NCBI RefSeq assembly: GCF_009914755.1
Contig: NC_060928.1
DNA length: 64,000 bases
Source: the human T2T-CHM13v2.0 reference genome, Homo sapiens
Strand: one strand, 5' to 3'
Shown here: piece after piece, positions 19,201 through 33,249 of the stretch
How positions within the stretch are numbered: the stretch's first letter is position 1
How the letters are laid out: the number at the start of each line of letters is the position of its first letter
Made by a program: the position numbers and the translations under genes
Notes under the pieces: generated by a model
What the model was told of the DNA's origin: nothing
The model's input: the letters and a program-made list of their open reading frames with translations, nothing else
The model's database searches: none

Positions 19201-20698
19201 GTTTGATATAGATCAAATAAAACTTTCAAAAAATTAATATTTCATATTTGATTTTGATAAAATTTCCTAAATTATATACATCAAAAAGTCTATAAAAACT
19301 GTCATTATTTTAGTTATTATTAGTCTGGTTTTTAACACATAACTCCAATTTTTTGCAATTTTTTTCCCATTTTATTTTTACACTTAGCGTTAAGGAAAAG
19401 TTGTTAAATGTAATTTTTTTTAATACGTGAAAGGTAGATATCCAGTAATTTTACTAAATACCTATAAGATTAGTTACAAAATAATACTCTATTAGTAACT
19501 CCAAATTGCAGACAGAAGAAAATGAATGGAAGCAACTAATTGTCTATAGCATGACATAAACCAATAAAACATGAAAATCCAGTACAAATGTTTGTTTTCT
19601 GTTAGTGTCAAATATGCACTGGTTGCTTTACAAAAGAGTATCACCTTTAAAATATAGCAACATTTATATGAAAATATTCTGTATATTGAGGCACTATAGT
19701 TAATACTTCAGTGAAAGAATCACTGTCTATTCAGCCTATAAGGGCTATTACCTTCCAAGTTTCAAAGAATTAATACTATCCTTAAATTCAACAGCAGTAA
19801 GTGTTTCAGCATCATCAACTTTATCAAAGGATAGTCTGACATTAAATGATTGCTTTGTTGTTCTTTTGCTATTATTTATTTTGTTATTGAACTACAGAGT
19901 CAACATATTTCATCTGAATTATTACAATAGAGTGTAGATCCATTTACAGTGATTGAGCAATCAATAACTCTTGCAACTGATGTAATACTCTAAAATATTT
20001 TTGCATATTATCTTTTTCTAAAGGTATATACACTTTTTTGAATTTCTATTGGCATTAGAGACAGATGAAATCATCATGAAAAAATAAAAAAAATTACAAC
20101 CATTCTTATTTTGTTTCCAAATTTCAATGCCAAATTTCACCTTTAAAGGATAACTTGCAGCCCCATACTTTACATACTTGTGCTTTGTGGAAGTAGTTTG
20201 CAAAATATGCCCTGGCTCCAAGGAGTTAGTATCCTCAGTGTCCACCATGGGAGAAACAGTGTAGGGGATGGACTCGTGAGATGCTGTTACATCATGCCAT
20301 CTCTTCTCTAATGTGAGCATGTATGTTAAATCTTGGATTTTTCTAGTAACCATTTTTTAAATAATGGGTTTCTCTAATTCAAACATTTTAAAAGATTTGA
20401 AAAAATAATTCCACTGTGGCATATTTTTAGTTTTAAGTTTAAATAGAAAGTAATTTATTTTTTATTGTACAGGGTGTTAGATAATCAGACACTAGCCTTA
20501 TTTTATAGCATCACACACACATGCACATGCACTAGCTGGAAAAGAAGTTAAGTCTATTCAGGGACACATAGTTTGACTCTTCCATGAGATCAAGGCGTCT
20601 TCATTTTTAACCTTCCCTATTCTATTACATTTCATTAAAGAGTTTATATCTATTACTATCTCTTCTACATAAATAATTATATTAGCATAAACAAACTT

Positions 20699-21055
20699 TG
20701 TCTTAGTTCAGGCTGCTATATAAAAGTCCATAGACTAGTGGCTTATAAGCAGCAGAAATTCATTTCTTACGGTTCTGGAATGATGGATGTCTGAGAACTG
20801 GGTACCAGCATGGTCAGGTTCTGGTGAGGAGCCTCTTCAGGGATGCAAGCTGAAAACCTCTTTCCAGATCCTCACATGAGGAAAAGAGAGTGAGACAGCT
20901 CTCTGGGGTCTCTTTTACAAAGGCACAAATCTCAGTTAAAAGTATTCTACCTTATGACCTAAAGATCCCCCAAAGTCTCTCCTAATACCATCAGATTGGG
21001 GATTAGAATTTCCACAGGTAAACTTTAGAGAGAAACAAATATTTAGTTTGCAACA
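20699..21055 (-). mobile_element. MLT1A0-like MaLR solo LTR
   Basis: TG...CA termini, about 357 bp, 5-bp TSD aactt/gactt, and the motif ccagcatggtcaggttctggtgagg. Confidence 0.85.
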
Positions 21056-22064
21056 GACTTAATGCCTTCATGATTCAAATCTAAACATCTCTGTATATAC
21101 CCAGCTTATTTTTTCTAATTAAATGTTATTCTTAGGATTAAATATCTGGGTAATTGTATTGGTTTCTTATTTTACTGTATTTATTCTTATATGCCTCTAT
21201 ATGATGAAATAATATGTGACATGGAGGAAAAAAGGGAAATAAAACTAATTTTGCCATTAAGCACGAACATGCGGTACATATACTCTATTTCCTCAAATCC
21301 ACCAATTGAAAAGCATATTATTAATTCATGTACCTTTAAGAAAGAAAAAATGAACATTATGAAACTATGACATACGATATACGGTATGATGGATTCTAAC
21401 TTTAGAGATATTACAATGTTAAATATATTTATCTAGAACAAATCAAATGTAAAAATAATTTCTTTGACTTTTAGAAAAACACCACATAGAAGGCATTATG
21501 GGTAACTTTTTTTAAAAATGAGGAAAGTGAGTACAATTTCTGAATAACAATTTTGAGAGCACAGAAGTCACACATAGTATAATCAGAATCCACAGTCACA
21601 TTTGTCTGGCCCTATGGATTAATCACCTTCTCTTTACAGATTTCTGTTTCTTAAGAGTTCACTGTTAGTGATGCTTTACTGCTGTTTCATTTCTGGAAAT
21701 GCCCTTCATGACCCTTATTTGATAGCTTGCTGTGCCATTATCTATTAAGGGACCATGATGTAATCAATGGTATAACCAAACAATGGATTTCAGCATTTTC
21801 TTTACTTATGACCACTGAGAAAAAGATACTACTTTACTAATACAAAATTTCAGTAATTTTTTTGAAAATTCCTTTTCATTATATTTTTGCCATGTAGAGG
21901 ACTTTGTCTTTATTAGCTTTATGTTGCTTTCACTGTTCGGACAAACTGTCAAAAACTGTGAGACTGAGCAACCAAAGCTGTTTTAATCAATAACCCATAG
22001 AATTCACAGAATCCAATATAACATGGTTATTGTTATGGCTATTCCTGAAATGAGTGTGAATTAG

Positions 22065-22431
<367 letters not shown>

Positions 22432-22524
22432 TAAATAAAGAGATCAGAGAACATTAAATCATTTTTATGAATTTTAACATAAAGTTTATAATCAGGTACT
22501 ATTTGACATAGTTAAAGAAATAGT

Positions 22525-22760
22525 AATATTAATGTACGCAATTATTTATTGAATACTTACTCTGAACCAAGACCTAATCTAACTGACTTCTGTCACTATC
22601 TTATTAACTCCTCTTAACAAATATAAATGAAGGAAATCACTCTTATTATGCACATTTTTTAGATCTGATAATTAGGGTTCAACAAATAACCTGTTTACAC
22701 AGTTAAAAACTATAAAATTCAGAAATTATACTAGTTTCACAGATCAAGTTTTTAACTGAC
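22525..22760 (-). mobile_element. MIR SINE
   Basis: tttattgaatacttactctgaaccaagac...tattatgcacattttttagat. Confidence 0.55.
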
Positions 22761-22794
22761 TCACAGTATTTCTTCACAAGTAAAAAGTAGAAGG

Positions 22795-25700
22795 GGGCTA
22801 AAGTGCTCTGGGGTCTTAAGTGAACTTGAAAGGCAGTCTAGGACACAAGGACTACAATTTTTAGGCAAGTCCTGATGCTTTTCTTGGCTTAGAACCAGTG
22901 GACTGGGGCAGTGCATGACCTAGAGAGCTGGGAGCAGACACAAGTTGGGGTGGCTGGGGGATTACTGGGGGTGGCTGGGGGACCTAAAGAGCATGACACC
23001 AGCTGGGGTGGCTGGGGGTGTGCTTATGCCACCCCTCCCCCAACCCCAGGCAGAGCAGTTCACAGCAACAAAAGTGACATCTTCCTTCTGCTTGATAAGA
23101 GGAGAGAGAATAGTAAAAAGAATTTGTCTTGCAACTTGGATACCAACTCAGCCACAGTAGAATAGGAAAGTGGGCAAAGTCAAGAGGCACACATTCAATG
23201 CCCTAACTCCCACACAGCATTTCCAGACACACCCTGGAATAGAAGGAAACCCACTTCCTTGAATGGAAGGACTCAGTCCTGATGGGATTAATCACTTACT
23301 GACTGAAGTACTCATGGGTCCTGAATAACAAACAGTGACAATCAGGTAGTACACTGTGGGCCTTGGGTGAGACTCTGAGATGTGCTGGCTTCAGGTACCA
23401 GCTTGGACACAGTAGGGTAGAACACTAAGTGGTCTCCTGGGGTCCTCAAGTCCAGGCATAGGCTCTTGGATAGCATTTTTGGGCTTGCTATGGGCCAGAG
23501 GGGAGCCCATTTCCCTGAAAGCTGCATCCCAGCTCAGGCTGCATTCACCACAAGCTGACTGAAGAAAGCTTGGGTCTTAAGTAAACAATGGTGGTAACCT
23601 GACAGTACTCCCTGTGGGCCTGGGGTGGTGGTGACCATGAGTGAAGTGCCTCTGCCTGTGGAAAGGGGAGGGAAGATTGGAAAGACTGTGTCTTACGGTT
23701 CTGAATTGAGTGCCAGCTCAGCCTGAGTACAATAGAAAAACAGGTAGGCTTCTAGGGTTTTTGACTCCGGTTCCTGGCTCCCAGATGACACTTCTGTACC
23801 TGCCTGAGACCTGGAGGAACTCACTGCGCTAAAGTGAAAGACACAAACATGGCACAATTTTCAAACTGCTGATTATGGAGCCCTACGGCCTTGAGCAAAC
23901 ATAGGCTGTAGGCAGGTAGTGGTTACAGTGGGCCTTGGGTGAGACCTAGTGTTTTGCTGGCTTCAGGTCTGACCCAGGGAAGTTCCAGTGGTTGTGGTCA
24001 CAGGGATGCATGCTTCGCCCCATCCCCAGCTCCAGGCAGCTCATTTGTTGATGTCATCTGTTTGACAGAAAGTAAGGGAAGACAAGAGTCTGTCCCTAGT
24101 AATAGAGATAATTATTCCAGACTTATCAAAGACCACCAAGGCACTACCTCTACCAGTCTACAAAACCCACAGCATTTTTGAGCTTAGGTCCCTAGTCCCT
24201 TTGAATACCTGAAGAGCCTTCCCAAGAAGGACAGGCATAGATGGTTATGCCCGTGTTGTGAAGACTACAGTAAATATCTAACTCTTCAATACCCAGACAC
24301 AGGCTAATATCTACAAGTGTCAAGACCATCCAGGAAAATATGACTTCACCAAATGGACAAAATAAGGCATCAGGGGCCAATACAGGAGAAATAAAAATAT
24401 GTGATCTTTAAGACAGAGAATTCAGATTAGCCATTTTGAGGAAACACAAAGAAATTCAAGATAACAATGAGATGGAAATCAGGATTCTATCAGATACATT
24501 TAACAAATAAATCGTAATTCTTATTAAAAAGGATCAAAGAAAAATTCTAGAGTTGAAAAATGCAATTGACCTATGAACGAATGTATCAGAGTCTCTTCAG
24601 AGCAGAATTGTTCAAGCAGAAGAAGCAATTAGTGAACTTGAAGACCGACTATTTGAAAATACAGTCAGAGGAGACAAAAGAAAAAAGAATAGAAAACATT
24701 GAAACTTGCCTACAAGATCTAGAAAATAGCCTCAAGAGGGTAAATCTAAGAATTATTGGACTTAAAGAGGAGATAGAGAAAGAGATGGAGGTAGAAAGTT
24801 TATTCAAAGAGATAATATTAGAGAATTTTCCAAACCTAGGGAAAGATATCAATATTTAAGTACAAGAAGCTTATAGAACACCAAACAGATATAACCCAAA
24901 GAAGACTAACCAAAGGTATTTAATAATCAAATTCCCAACATCAAGGATAAAGAAAGAATCCTAAAAGCATCAAGAGAAAAGAAACAAATACCATACAATG
25001 CAACTTCAATGTATCTAGCAGCAGACTTTTCTGTGGAAACCTTACAAGCAAGGAAAGAATGGCATCAAATATTTAAAGTACTTAAGAAAAATAAACACCT
25101 TTTTACCCTAGAATAATATATCCAGAGAATTATCCTTAAAAATGAAGGTAAGATAAAGACTTTCCTGACAATAAAAGCTAAGGAATTTTATTGACACTGG
25201 ACCTGTCCCACAAGAAATGCTGAAGGGAGTACTTCAATCAGAAGAAAAGGACATTAATGAGCAAAAAGAAATCATCTGAAAGCACATAACTCACTAATAT
25301 TAGTAAGCACACAGAAAAACAAAGACAGACATTGTAATTTTGTGGTGTAAATTAGTTTAATCTTAAGTAGAAAGACTAAGCAAAGAACCAGTCAAAAATA
25401 TTAACTACAGAAACTTTTCAAGACATAGACAGTATGAGACATAGAAAGAAAAATCAAAAATTAAAATGTGAGGGGATAAAGTGAAATTGTAGAGTTTTTA
25501 TTAGTTTTCTTTTTGCTTATTTATTAGTGTGTTTATGCAATCAGTGTTAAGTCAATATCAGTTTAAAATAATGGGTTATAAGATATTATGTGCCAGCCTC
25601 ATGGTAACTTCAAATCAAAAAACATACAACAGATACACAAAAAATAAACACTAAGAAATTAAATTACACTACCAGAAAAAACATCACCTTCACTAAAAGT

Positions 25701-28700
25701 AAGATGGAAGAAAGAGAAGAAGGAAGCAAAGACCACAAAACAACCAGAAAGCAAATTTAAAATGGCAATTGTTAGTACTTACTTATCAATAATAACATTG
25801 ACTTGACATTAAGTGGACTAAACACTCTAATCAAAAGACATAGACTAGCTGAATGAATAAAAAAGCAGGACCCAATGATCTGTTGCCTACAAGAAACACA
25901 TTTCACCTACAAGGATACAGATTGATTGAAAATAAAGGGATGGAAAAGTACATGCCATGCCAATGGAAACCAACAAGGAGCAGAAGTAGCTATTCTTGTA
26001 CAAAACAAATAGATTTCAAGAAAAAAACTTGTAAGAAGAGACAAAGAAAGTCATTATACAATGATAAAGGAGTCAATTCAGCAAGAGGATATGTCAATTG
26101 TTAATATTTTGCACTCAATGCTGGAGTACCCAAATATATAAAGCAAATATTATTAGAGCTAAAGTGAGAGATAGACTTCAATACAAAAATAGTTGGAGAC
26201 ATCAACACCACCCTTTCAGCACTGGACAGAACTTCCAGACAAGAAATCAACAAAGAAACATTTACTTCCTACACACAACAGAACAAATGGACCTAATAGA
26301 GATTTACAGAACATTTCATCTAATGGCTGCAGAGTACACATTATCCTGAACAAGAATTATTATCAACGATAGACCTTATGTTAGGTTAAAAATCAAGTCT
26401 TAAAACATTCAAAAATAATATCAAGCATCTTCCTTTTCTGACAACAATGGAAAACAAAACTAGAAATCAATAACGAGAAATTTGGAAACTATACAAATAC
26501 ATGAAAATAAAACAATATGCTCCTGAATGGCCAGGGAGTCAATGAAGAAATGAAGAAAGTAATTGAAAGATTTTCTTGAAATAAATGTTTGGATTCTACC
26601 AACATTTAAAGAAAAAAAAATTCTACTCAAAATATTCCTTAACATAGAGGAGGAGAGAATACTTCCAAACTCTGTCTATGAGGACAGTATTACCCTGATA
26701 CCAAAACCAAAAAAAGCCACATCAATAAAAGAAAACTGGAGGCCAAGATATCTGATGAATATTGAGGCAAATATCCCCAACAAAATATACTGACAGACCA
26801 AATTTAACAATACATTAAAAATACCTTAATCAAGTGGGATTTATCCCAGGGATGCAAGATTGGTTCAACATATGGAAATCAATCAATGTGCTACATAATA
26901 GCAACAGAATGAGAGACAAAGACAATATGGTAATTATTTCAATTGATGCTGAAAAAGCATTAGATAAAATCCAACATCCTTTCGTGACAAAACCCTGAAA
27001 AAACCGGGTATAGAATAAACGTACATCAACATAATAATAACTACATATGACCTATATCCACAGCTAGTATCATACTGAATGGAGAAAAACTGAAAGCCTT
27101 TCCTCCAAGATCTGGAACATAAAAGGATGCTGTCTTTCACCACTGTTATTGAACATAGTATTGAAAGTCCTAGCTAGAGAAATCAGACAAAATTTTTAAA
27201 AAAAGACATCCAAATTGAAAAAGAACTAATAATATTATCTTTGTTTGCAGATGATATGATCCTACATGTGGAAAAAACTAAAAAAAAAAGCTGTTAGAAC
27301 TGATAAACAAATTCAGTAAAGTTTCAGTATACAAAATTAACATACCAAAATCAGTAGCAGTTCTATGCCAAGAGCAAGCAACCTGAAGAAGAAATTTTAA
27401 AATGTTATCCCATTTACAATAGTCACAAATAAAATTAAATTCCTAGGAATTAACTTGACCAGAGTTGAAAGAATTTTACAATATAAACTATAAAACATTG
27501 ATGAAAGAAATTAAAAGGGATACAAAAAATATAGAAATATTCTGTGTTCATGGATTGGAAGAATCAATATTGTTAAAATGTCCATACGACCCAAAGCAAT
27601 ATACAGCTTCAATGCAATCTCTATCAAAATACCAATGACATCCTTCACAGAAATATTAAAAAAATCCCTAAATTTGTATGGATCCACAAAAGACCCAGAA
27701 TAATCAAAGCCATCCTGAGCAAAAAGAGCTAAACTGGAGGAATCACATTACTTGACTTCAAATTACACTACAACACTACAGCAACCAAAACAGCATGTAC
27801 TGACATAAAAACAGATATGAAGAGCAATAAAACAGAATAGAGAACCCAAAAGTAAACCTATACATTTACAGCGAATTCATTTTCCACAAGGGTGCCAAGA
27901 ACATGCATTGAGGAAAAGACAGTTTCTTTAATAAATGATGCCCAGAAACCTCGATAGCTGTATGCAGAAGAATGAAACTATACCACTATCTCTTACTATA
28001 TGCAAGAATTAAATCAAGGTGGATTGGCTGGGCACAGTGGCTCATGCCTGTAATCCCAGTACTTTGGGAGGCTGAGGTGGGTGGATCACTTGAGGTCAGG
28101 AGTTCGAGACCAGACTGACCAACAGGGAGAAACCCCATCTCACCTAAAAAATACAAAAAAATTAGCTGGGCATGGTGGCGCATGCTTGTAGTCCCAGCTA
28201 CTTGGGAGGCTGAGGCTGGAGAATCTCTTGAACCCAGGAAGCGGACCTTGTGGTGAGCCAAGATTGTGCCATTGCCCTCCAGCCTGGGCAACAAGAGTGA
28301 AACTCCGTCTCAAAAAAAAAAAAATCAAAGTGCATTAAAAACTTAAATCTAAGACCTTAAACTATGACGCTACTACAAGAAAACATTGGGGAAACTGTAG
28401 GCTACTGGTTTGGGCAAATATGTTTTTTTAGTAACACCCCGGAAGCACAGGCAACCAAAGCAAATATAGACAAATGGGATCACATCAAATTAAAAAGCTT
28501 CTGCAGAGCAAAGGATACAGCCAACAAAGTGAAGAGACAACCCACAAAGAAGGAGAAAATATTTACAAACTACCCATCTGACAAGGGGTTAATAACCAGG
28601 ACATATAAGGAGCTTCATGCGGCTCTATAGGAAAAAAATCTAATAATCCAATTTTAAAAATAGGCAGAATATCTGAATAGACATTTCTCAAAAGAAAACA

Positions 28701-29640
28701 TACATTTCAAACAGGCATATAAAAAGGTGCTCAACTTCACTGATTATCAGAGCAATGCAAATAAAACTACAATGAGATCATATCTCACTCAAATTAAAAT
28801 GGAGTTTGTCTAACATACAGACAATAACATGAGGATGAGGATGTGGAGAAAAGAGAATTCTCATACACTGTTGGTGAGAATGTAAATTAGTACAACCACT
28901 GTATGAATAATTGTTTGGAGATTCCTCAAAAATCTGAAAATAGAGCTACTATACGATCCAGCAATCCTACTGCTAGGTATATATCCAAAAGAAGGGAAGT
29001 CAGAATATTGAGGCGATATCTGCACTTTCATGTTCACTGCAGTGCTATTCACAGTAACTAATATTTAGAAGCAATCTAAGAGCCATTAACAGATGAATGG
29101 ATAAAGAAAATATGGTACATAAACACAATGGAGTACTATTCAGTCATAAAAATTATGACATCCTGTTATTTGCAACAACATGAATGGAACTGGAAGTTAC
29201 TAGGTTAAATAAATAACCCAGGCCCAGAAAGACAAACATAACATGTCATCACTTCTTTGTGGTAGGTAAAAATTAAAACAGTTGAACTCATGGAGACAGA
29301 GTGGAAGTGTGGTTACCAGAAGCTGGAAAGACTATGAAGGTTGGGGGAAAGTTGAGATGGCTAACGTGTACAAAAAATGTTTAGAAAAAATGAATATTTT
29401 ATAGTACAACAGGGTAACTTTAGTCAATAATAATTTAATTGTACATTTAAATATAACTAAAAGAGTATAATTAGATTGTTTGTAACACAAGGGATGAATG
29501 CTTCAGGGGATGGATACACCATTTCCATGATGTGATTATTACTCATTGCATACATGTATCAAAACATCTCATGTACCCCATAAATATATATACCTACTAT
29601 GCACCCACAAAAATTAAAAATTAAAATTAATAAAAATTAA
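22795..29640 (+). mobile_element. L1MA2-like LINE-1, near full length (5'UTR, ORF1, long inter-ORF region, ORF2, 3'UTR), with a ~600-bp ORF2 deletion near 26590
   Basis: ORF1 peptide LQDLENSLKRVNLRIIGLKEE..ENFPNL; RT motif tttgcagatgatatg; L1MA1/2-type end catctcatgtaccccataaatatat...cccacaaaaattaaaaatt. Confidence 0.88.
28026..28321 (+). mobile_element. AluSp inserted in the L1MA2 ORF2
   Basis: AluSp diagnostics (gaccaac..ggagaaac, ggcaacaagagtgaaactcc); 15-bp TSD aaatcaaggtggatt/aaatcaaagtgcatt. Confidence 0.93.
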
Positions 29641-29699
29641 AAACCAAATGAAAAAAATTTCACTATACATTCTATTAGTGGTTTAACCACATACTCTCT

Positions 29700-30860
29700 C
29701 AGATAATCATATGACTTTAAACACAGTAATTTGACTGCATATTGTTAGAAAGATATATCCTAATGTTAAGGAATTGCAAAAAAATGCCTCAGTGTTCAAT
29801 GATCATAAATTTAGTAAAAATTTTATTTGTGTTATTTGTAAACTATTATGTATATATAGCAAGACAAATTAAATAATTGAATATGTCAATCTCAAAAATT
29901 GAGATATTTAGCAAAATTTAGACATTTTATATTTGTCTCAAAAAAAAGAGAGCTATTTCAAGGGGAGAAAACTGTAGGTCAATATGTCTGATGAATGTTG
30001 ATGCAAATATCCTCAACAAATTACTGACAAACTGAATTCAACAGTACATTTAATAGATCATTCATCATGATCAAGTGGTATTTATCCCAGGGATGCAAGT
30101 TTGATTGAACATAAGCAAAACAATCAATGTAATATAAAATAGCAAACAGAATTTGTCTCAAAAAAGAGACAAACATAAAATTAAAGACTTTGAGTAAAAG
30201 TATTGCCATCTTAAATTTGACTATAGCAATATGAAATCTTGATGTATGTTACTGTTAAAAAATATTTTTTGTTTCTGTCCACCGACAAATATACAAGCAG
30301 TGAGCAACCTTATCCCAATGAGAACCTTTAACAATCAGATTGGAGTATCTAAAGACTATTTCTCACTAAAAGTAACTGGGTCTCTGTGTAGAAATGTTTG
30401 ATTTTAGATCTGGGACATGAAATGTACAAGATGATTCTAAAACATCTTTCATACCACAAAACTAGGATACTAGGCTCATTTCAAAGGATGGAGGAGCTAA
30501 CTTAAAGAGTTTCATTGGTCAAAGATTGAACAATAATGCCTGCAGTACATTGAAATATGTAAAAATATTAAAATCGATGTGCTTACATTAATACTTTTTA
30601 AAAATCTAATTGATCACATTTCGAGGATTCTAGGGCACTAACACATTCTAAATATTGGTAAATGAATGTAATGAATCATTTCTGCATGTCCTGTATAAAA
30701 TATGTTTGAAGGTAACCACAGGCAATGAGATAAATTTCTTGTTTATAAGAAATTAAAGCTATTAAATGCAAAATAAAAGCTACAATTAAGATATTAATTT
30801 TCCCACCTCCTAAGAAAATAGTGGTTCTAGGTGATCACAAACAGCTGCTAAGCAATCACA
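29700..30860 (+). mobile_element. Ancient L1MC/MD-type 3'UTR fragment (host of the 29952-30150 insert)
   Basis: gatctgggacatgaaatgtacaagatga...ggagctaacttaaagag...ggtcaaagat resembles the old L1M 3'UTR. Confidence 0.55.
29952..30150 (+). mobile_element. 199-bp internal L1MA-type ORF2 fragment flanked by direct repeats
   Basis: Encodes the ENxRxISLMNxDAxILN...HHDQVxFIPGMQ region; flanked by atttgtctc(a)ngaga on both sides. Confidence 0.88.
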
Positions 30861-31249
30861 AGGTAGAAAACCAATAGGGGACCGTTAGGCATTTTTTGTT
30901 TTAAGGTTTATTGTGGTGTAATTGACAAATACAAATTGTATATAATTTAAAAAAGAAGAAAGAAATGAATGAATGGACATCAATCTACTCATTTATATAA
31001 TAAGAAATTTGGTTTAGTTCAATGCTAAGGGTCTTCTTAGTTCCAAAAAGCAGTCAAGTGTTCCTCTACTGAAATATTAGCACTCAGTAGTCACTTATTG
31101 TTGAGCTCCTCAACTCAATCTCCATTGCACATTTTTGTTGTTTTCTTACCTGCCCAAACAGAGACATCTAGGGCAGAGAATATTGTTGTACCTAAATATG
31201 TGTCCTTTTCTAATTTTTACCCGACTTTGCTAATAATTAGGCTATATGA

Positions 31250-31570
31250 CTGACATTGTGTAAGAGAATGTTTAGGAAAGCATTAAATTACTTCCATGTT
31301 TTGTACCTAAAGCATCCTGAAGAGTCTCATAGAGCTCTTTGGCTCCTCAGTCTCCTAGACGAAGGGAATCCTTGAGACTATGCCATGAAGGCCCTAGCAG
31401 ACAAAGCGGCAGCAAAATGAAGGACTTTTAGATTCCTGAGTCAGTGCTTTCATGTGTGACCCAGGAAAGCCACATGACCTGTGTCGGGCTATGATGTAAT
31501 TAAGAAATAAATCTTTATTGTGTAAGCCACTAAGGTTACTTTTTTAATGGCAACTAGCATTGATTATTGT
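31250..31570 (+). mobile_element. Old MLT1 (H/I/J-like) LTR fragment
   Basis: 3' motif agaaataaatctttattgtgtaagccactaag...gcaactagcat. Confidence 0.5.
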
Positions 31571-32162
31571 AATTTATCAGCAAAAATAAATTTGTAATTC
31601 CTAGAAGACTAGTTTATTTGTAATTTTATTTTAGGCAGAAAAAAAGAGAGTATGTAGACTAGATTCATATTACTTTTTTCTGAGTTCTCCTGTCAGATTT
31701 TTTTAAGCATAAGCCTGTGTTATAAATCTGTGTGGTCTTGGATATTATTAATTGAAGAGTAGAAACTATCAAGATTGGTTCAAAGTGATGATAAATCATT
31801 TAATTGTTTTCTAAGGCCCACAGTGTATACTAAGAATTTTGTAGATATACCAAGCAAATAACTAAAAACTTAGCATTTAAGATGTTTATTTATCAGTGAG
31901 TAGTTACAAATATATGTCCAAATGTATTTCTTTACTCTTCTAGGTGTTTCAGTTTTGCTTTGTTGTGAATAAATCATGTAACACTGAGAAAAGAATATGA
32001 AATACATGGGAAGGAGACCATACTATAAGGAAATCTTGCATAATTAATTATCTGCAAGATCGAATATTCTATCTACAAAGCTTGACATATTTTACCCTCT
32101 TAGAGCTTAAGGATTAAATTTCTGAGCAGTAATAGGAAATATCTCGTAGGGAGAGAGAAATG

Positions 32163-32165
<3 letters not shown>

Positions 32166-32200
<35 letters not shown>
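32166..32200. repeat. Perfect (CA)17 microsatellite
   Basis: Directly visible. Confidence 0.97.
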
Positions 32201-32202
<2 letters not shown>

Positions 32203-32774
32203 TACATATACATACAAAGAAGTAGGTCTCTGTGTAGAAATATTTGATTTTAGGTCTGGGACATGAAGTGTACAAGATAATTCTGGAACATCTTTCATGT
32301 CAGAAAACAAAGATACTATTGTCATGTCAAAGGATTAAGAAGCTAACTTAAAGAGTTTCCTTGGTCAAAGATTGGGCAATAATGCCTGCAGTACATTGAA
32401 ATATATAAAAATATTAAAATCCATAGATATATATGGGTCATTATTATAATTACTCAAAAAAGCCTTTAAACCTAGTGTACTTAAGCCAATTATATTTAAA
32501 TCAATTGCTAAAGTGCTTAAAGTTTATTTCCATGTATCTAAAATATACTGAATTGACTTTACAATAATCTTTCTTTCAAATATTTCTTTCAAATGAGAGT
32601 TCTGACAAAGAAAAAAGAAAGTTGTCTTCTATTTTTAATTATTTATCAATTTGAGGAAATAATCTCAATAAGTTAAAATATTAGCATTTAATTTTTGGTT
32701 TCAAATTTCTTTGTTTCATCCTAATATTTCACAGGTCCCTTGATTTGCCTATTATAATGGATAGAGCCAAACTA

Positions 32775-32910
32775 AAAGAAAGAAAACAGCAAAGGAGAAG
32801 GTAAGAAGTAAGAAAGGAAAAAAGGAAGAAAAAAAGTGAAGAAAAAAAGTTAAGAAAAAAAGAAAACCAAGGGAGAGAAGAATGAAGAGAAAGACGGAGG
32901 TAGAGAGAAG
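32775..32910. repeat. Purine-rich (GA/A-rich) low-complexity tract
   Basis: About 135 bp composed almost entirely of A and G. Confidence 0.85.
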
Positions 32911-33249
32911 TCTAATATTTTTGTAAGTTTTGTATAGAAAATATCTAGAAACCCAAGTTGTCCATTCAGAAGAAAGCAAATGAAATTACAGAAGAAAACC
33001 CAAAAGTTTTAAAACAGTGGTTAAATTTGAAAATATACAAAATCTTGGAAGAAATTCAGAATGGCAGACTTAGGCATATGTTGCATCATGGAACTGAGTA
33101 AAGACTGATTTAGTTACACATTTAAATAAAATACTAGATTCAGGAAAGAGAGACTAAGTGGAACACAGTTCAAAGAGAAAAAAATGTAAGAATGCCTTAA
33201 AGAAGAGAAAACTTGAAAGCAACACTATTTTATTCTGTGTTTATTCTTT

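Noticed and set aside
20018-20353. 111-aa ATG-initiated ORF in non-repeat sequence
   Set aside because: No recognisable homology, promoter or convincing splice context; the length is within chance expectation.
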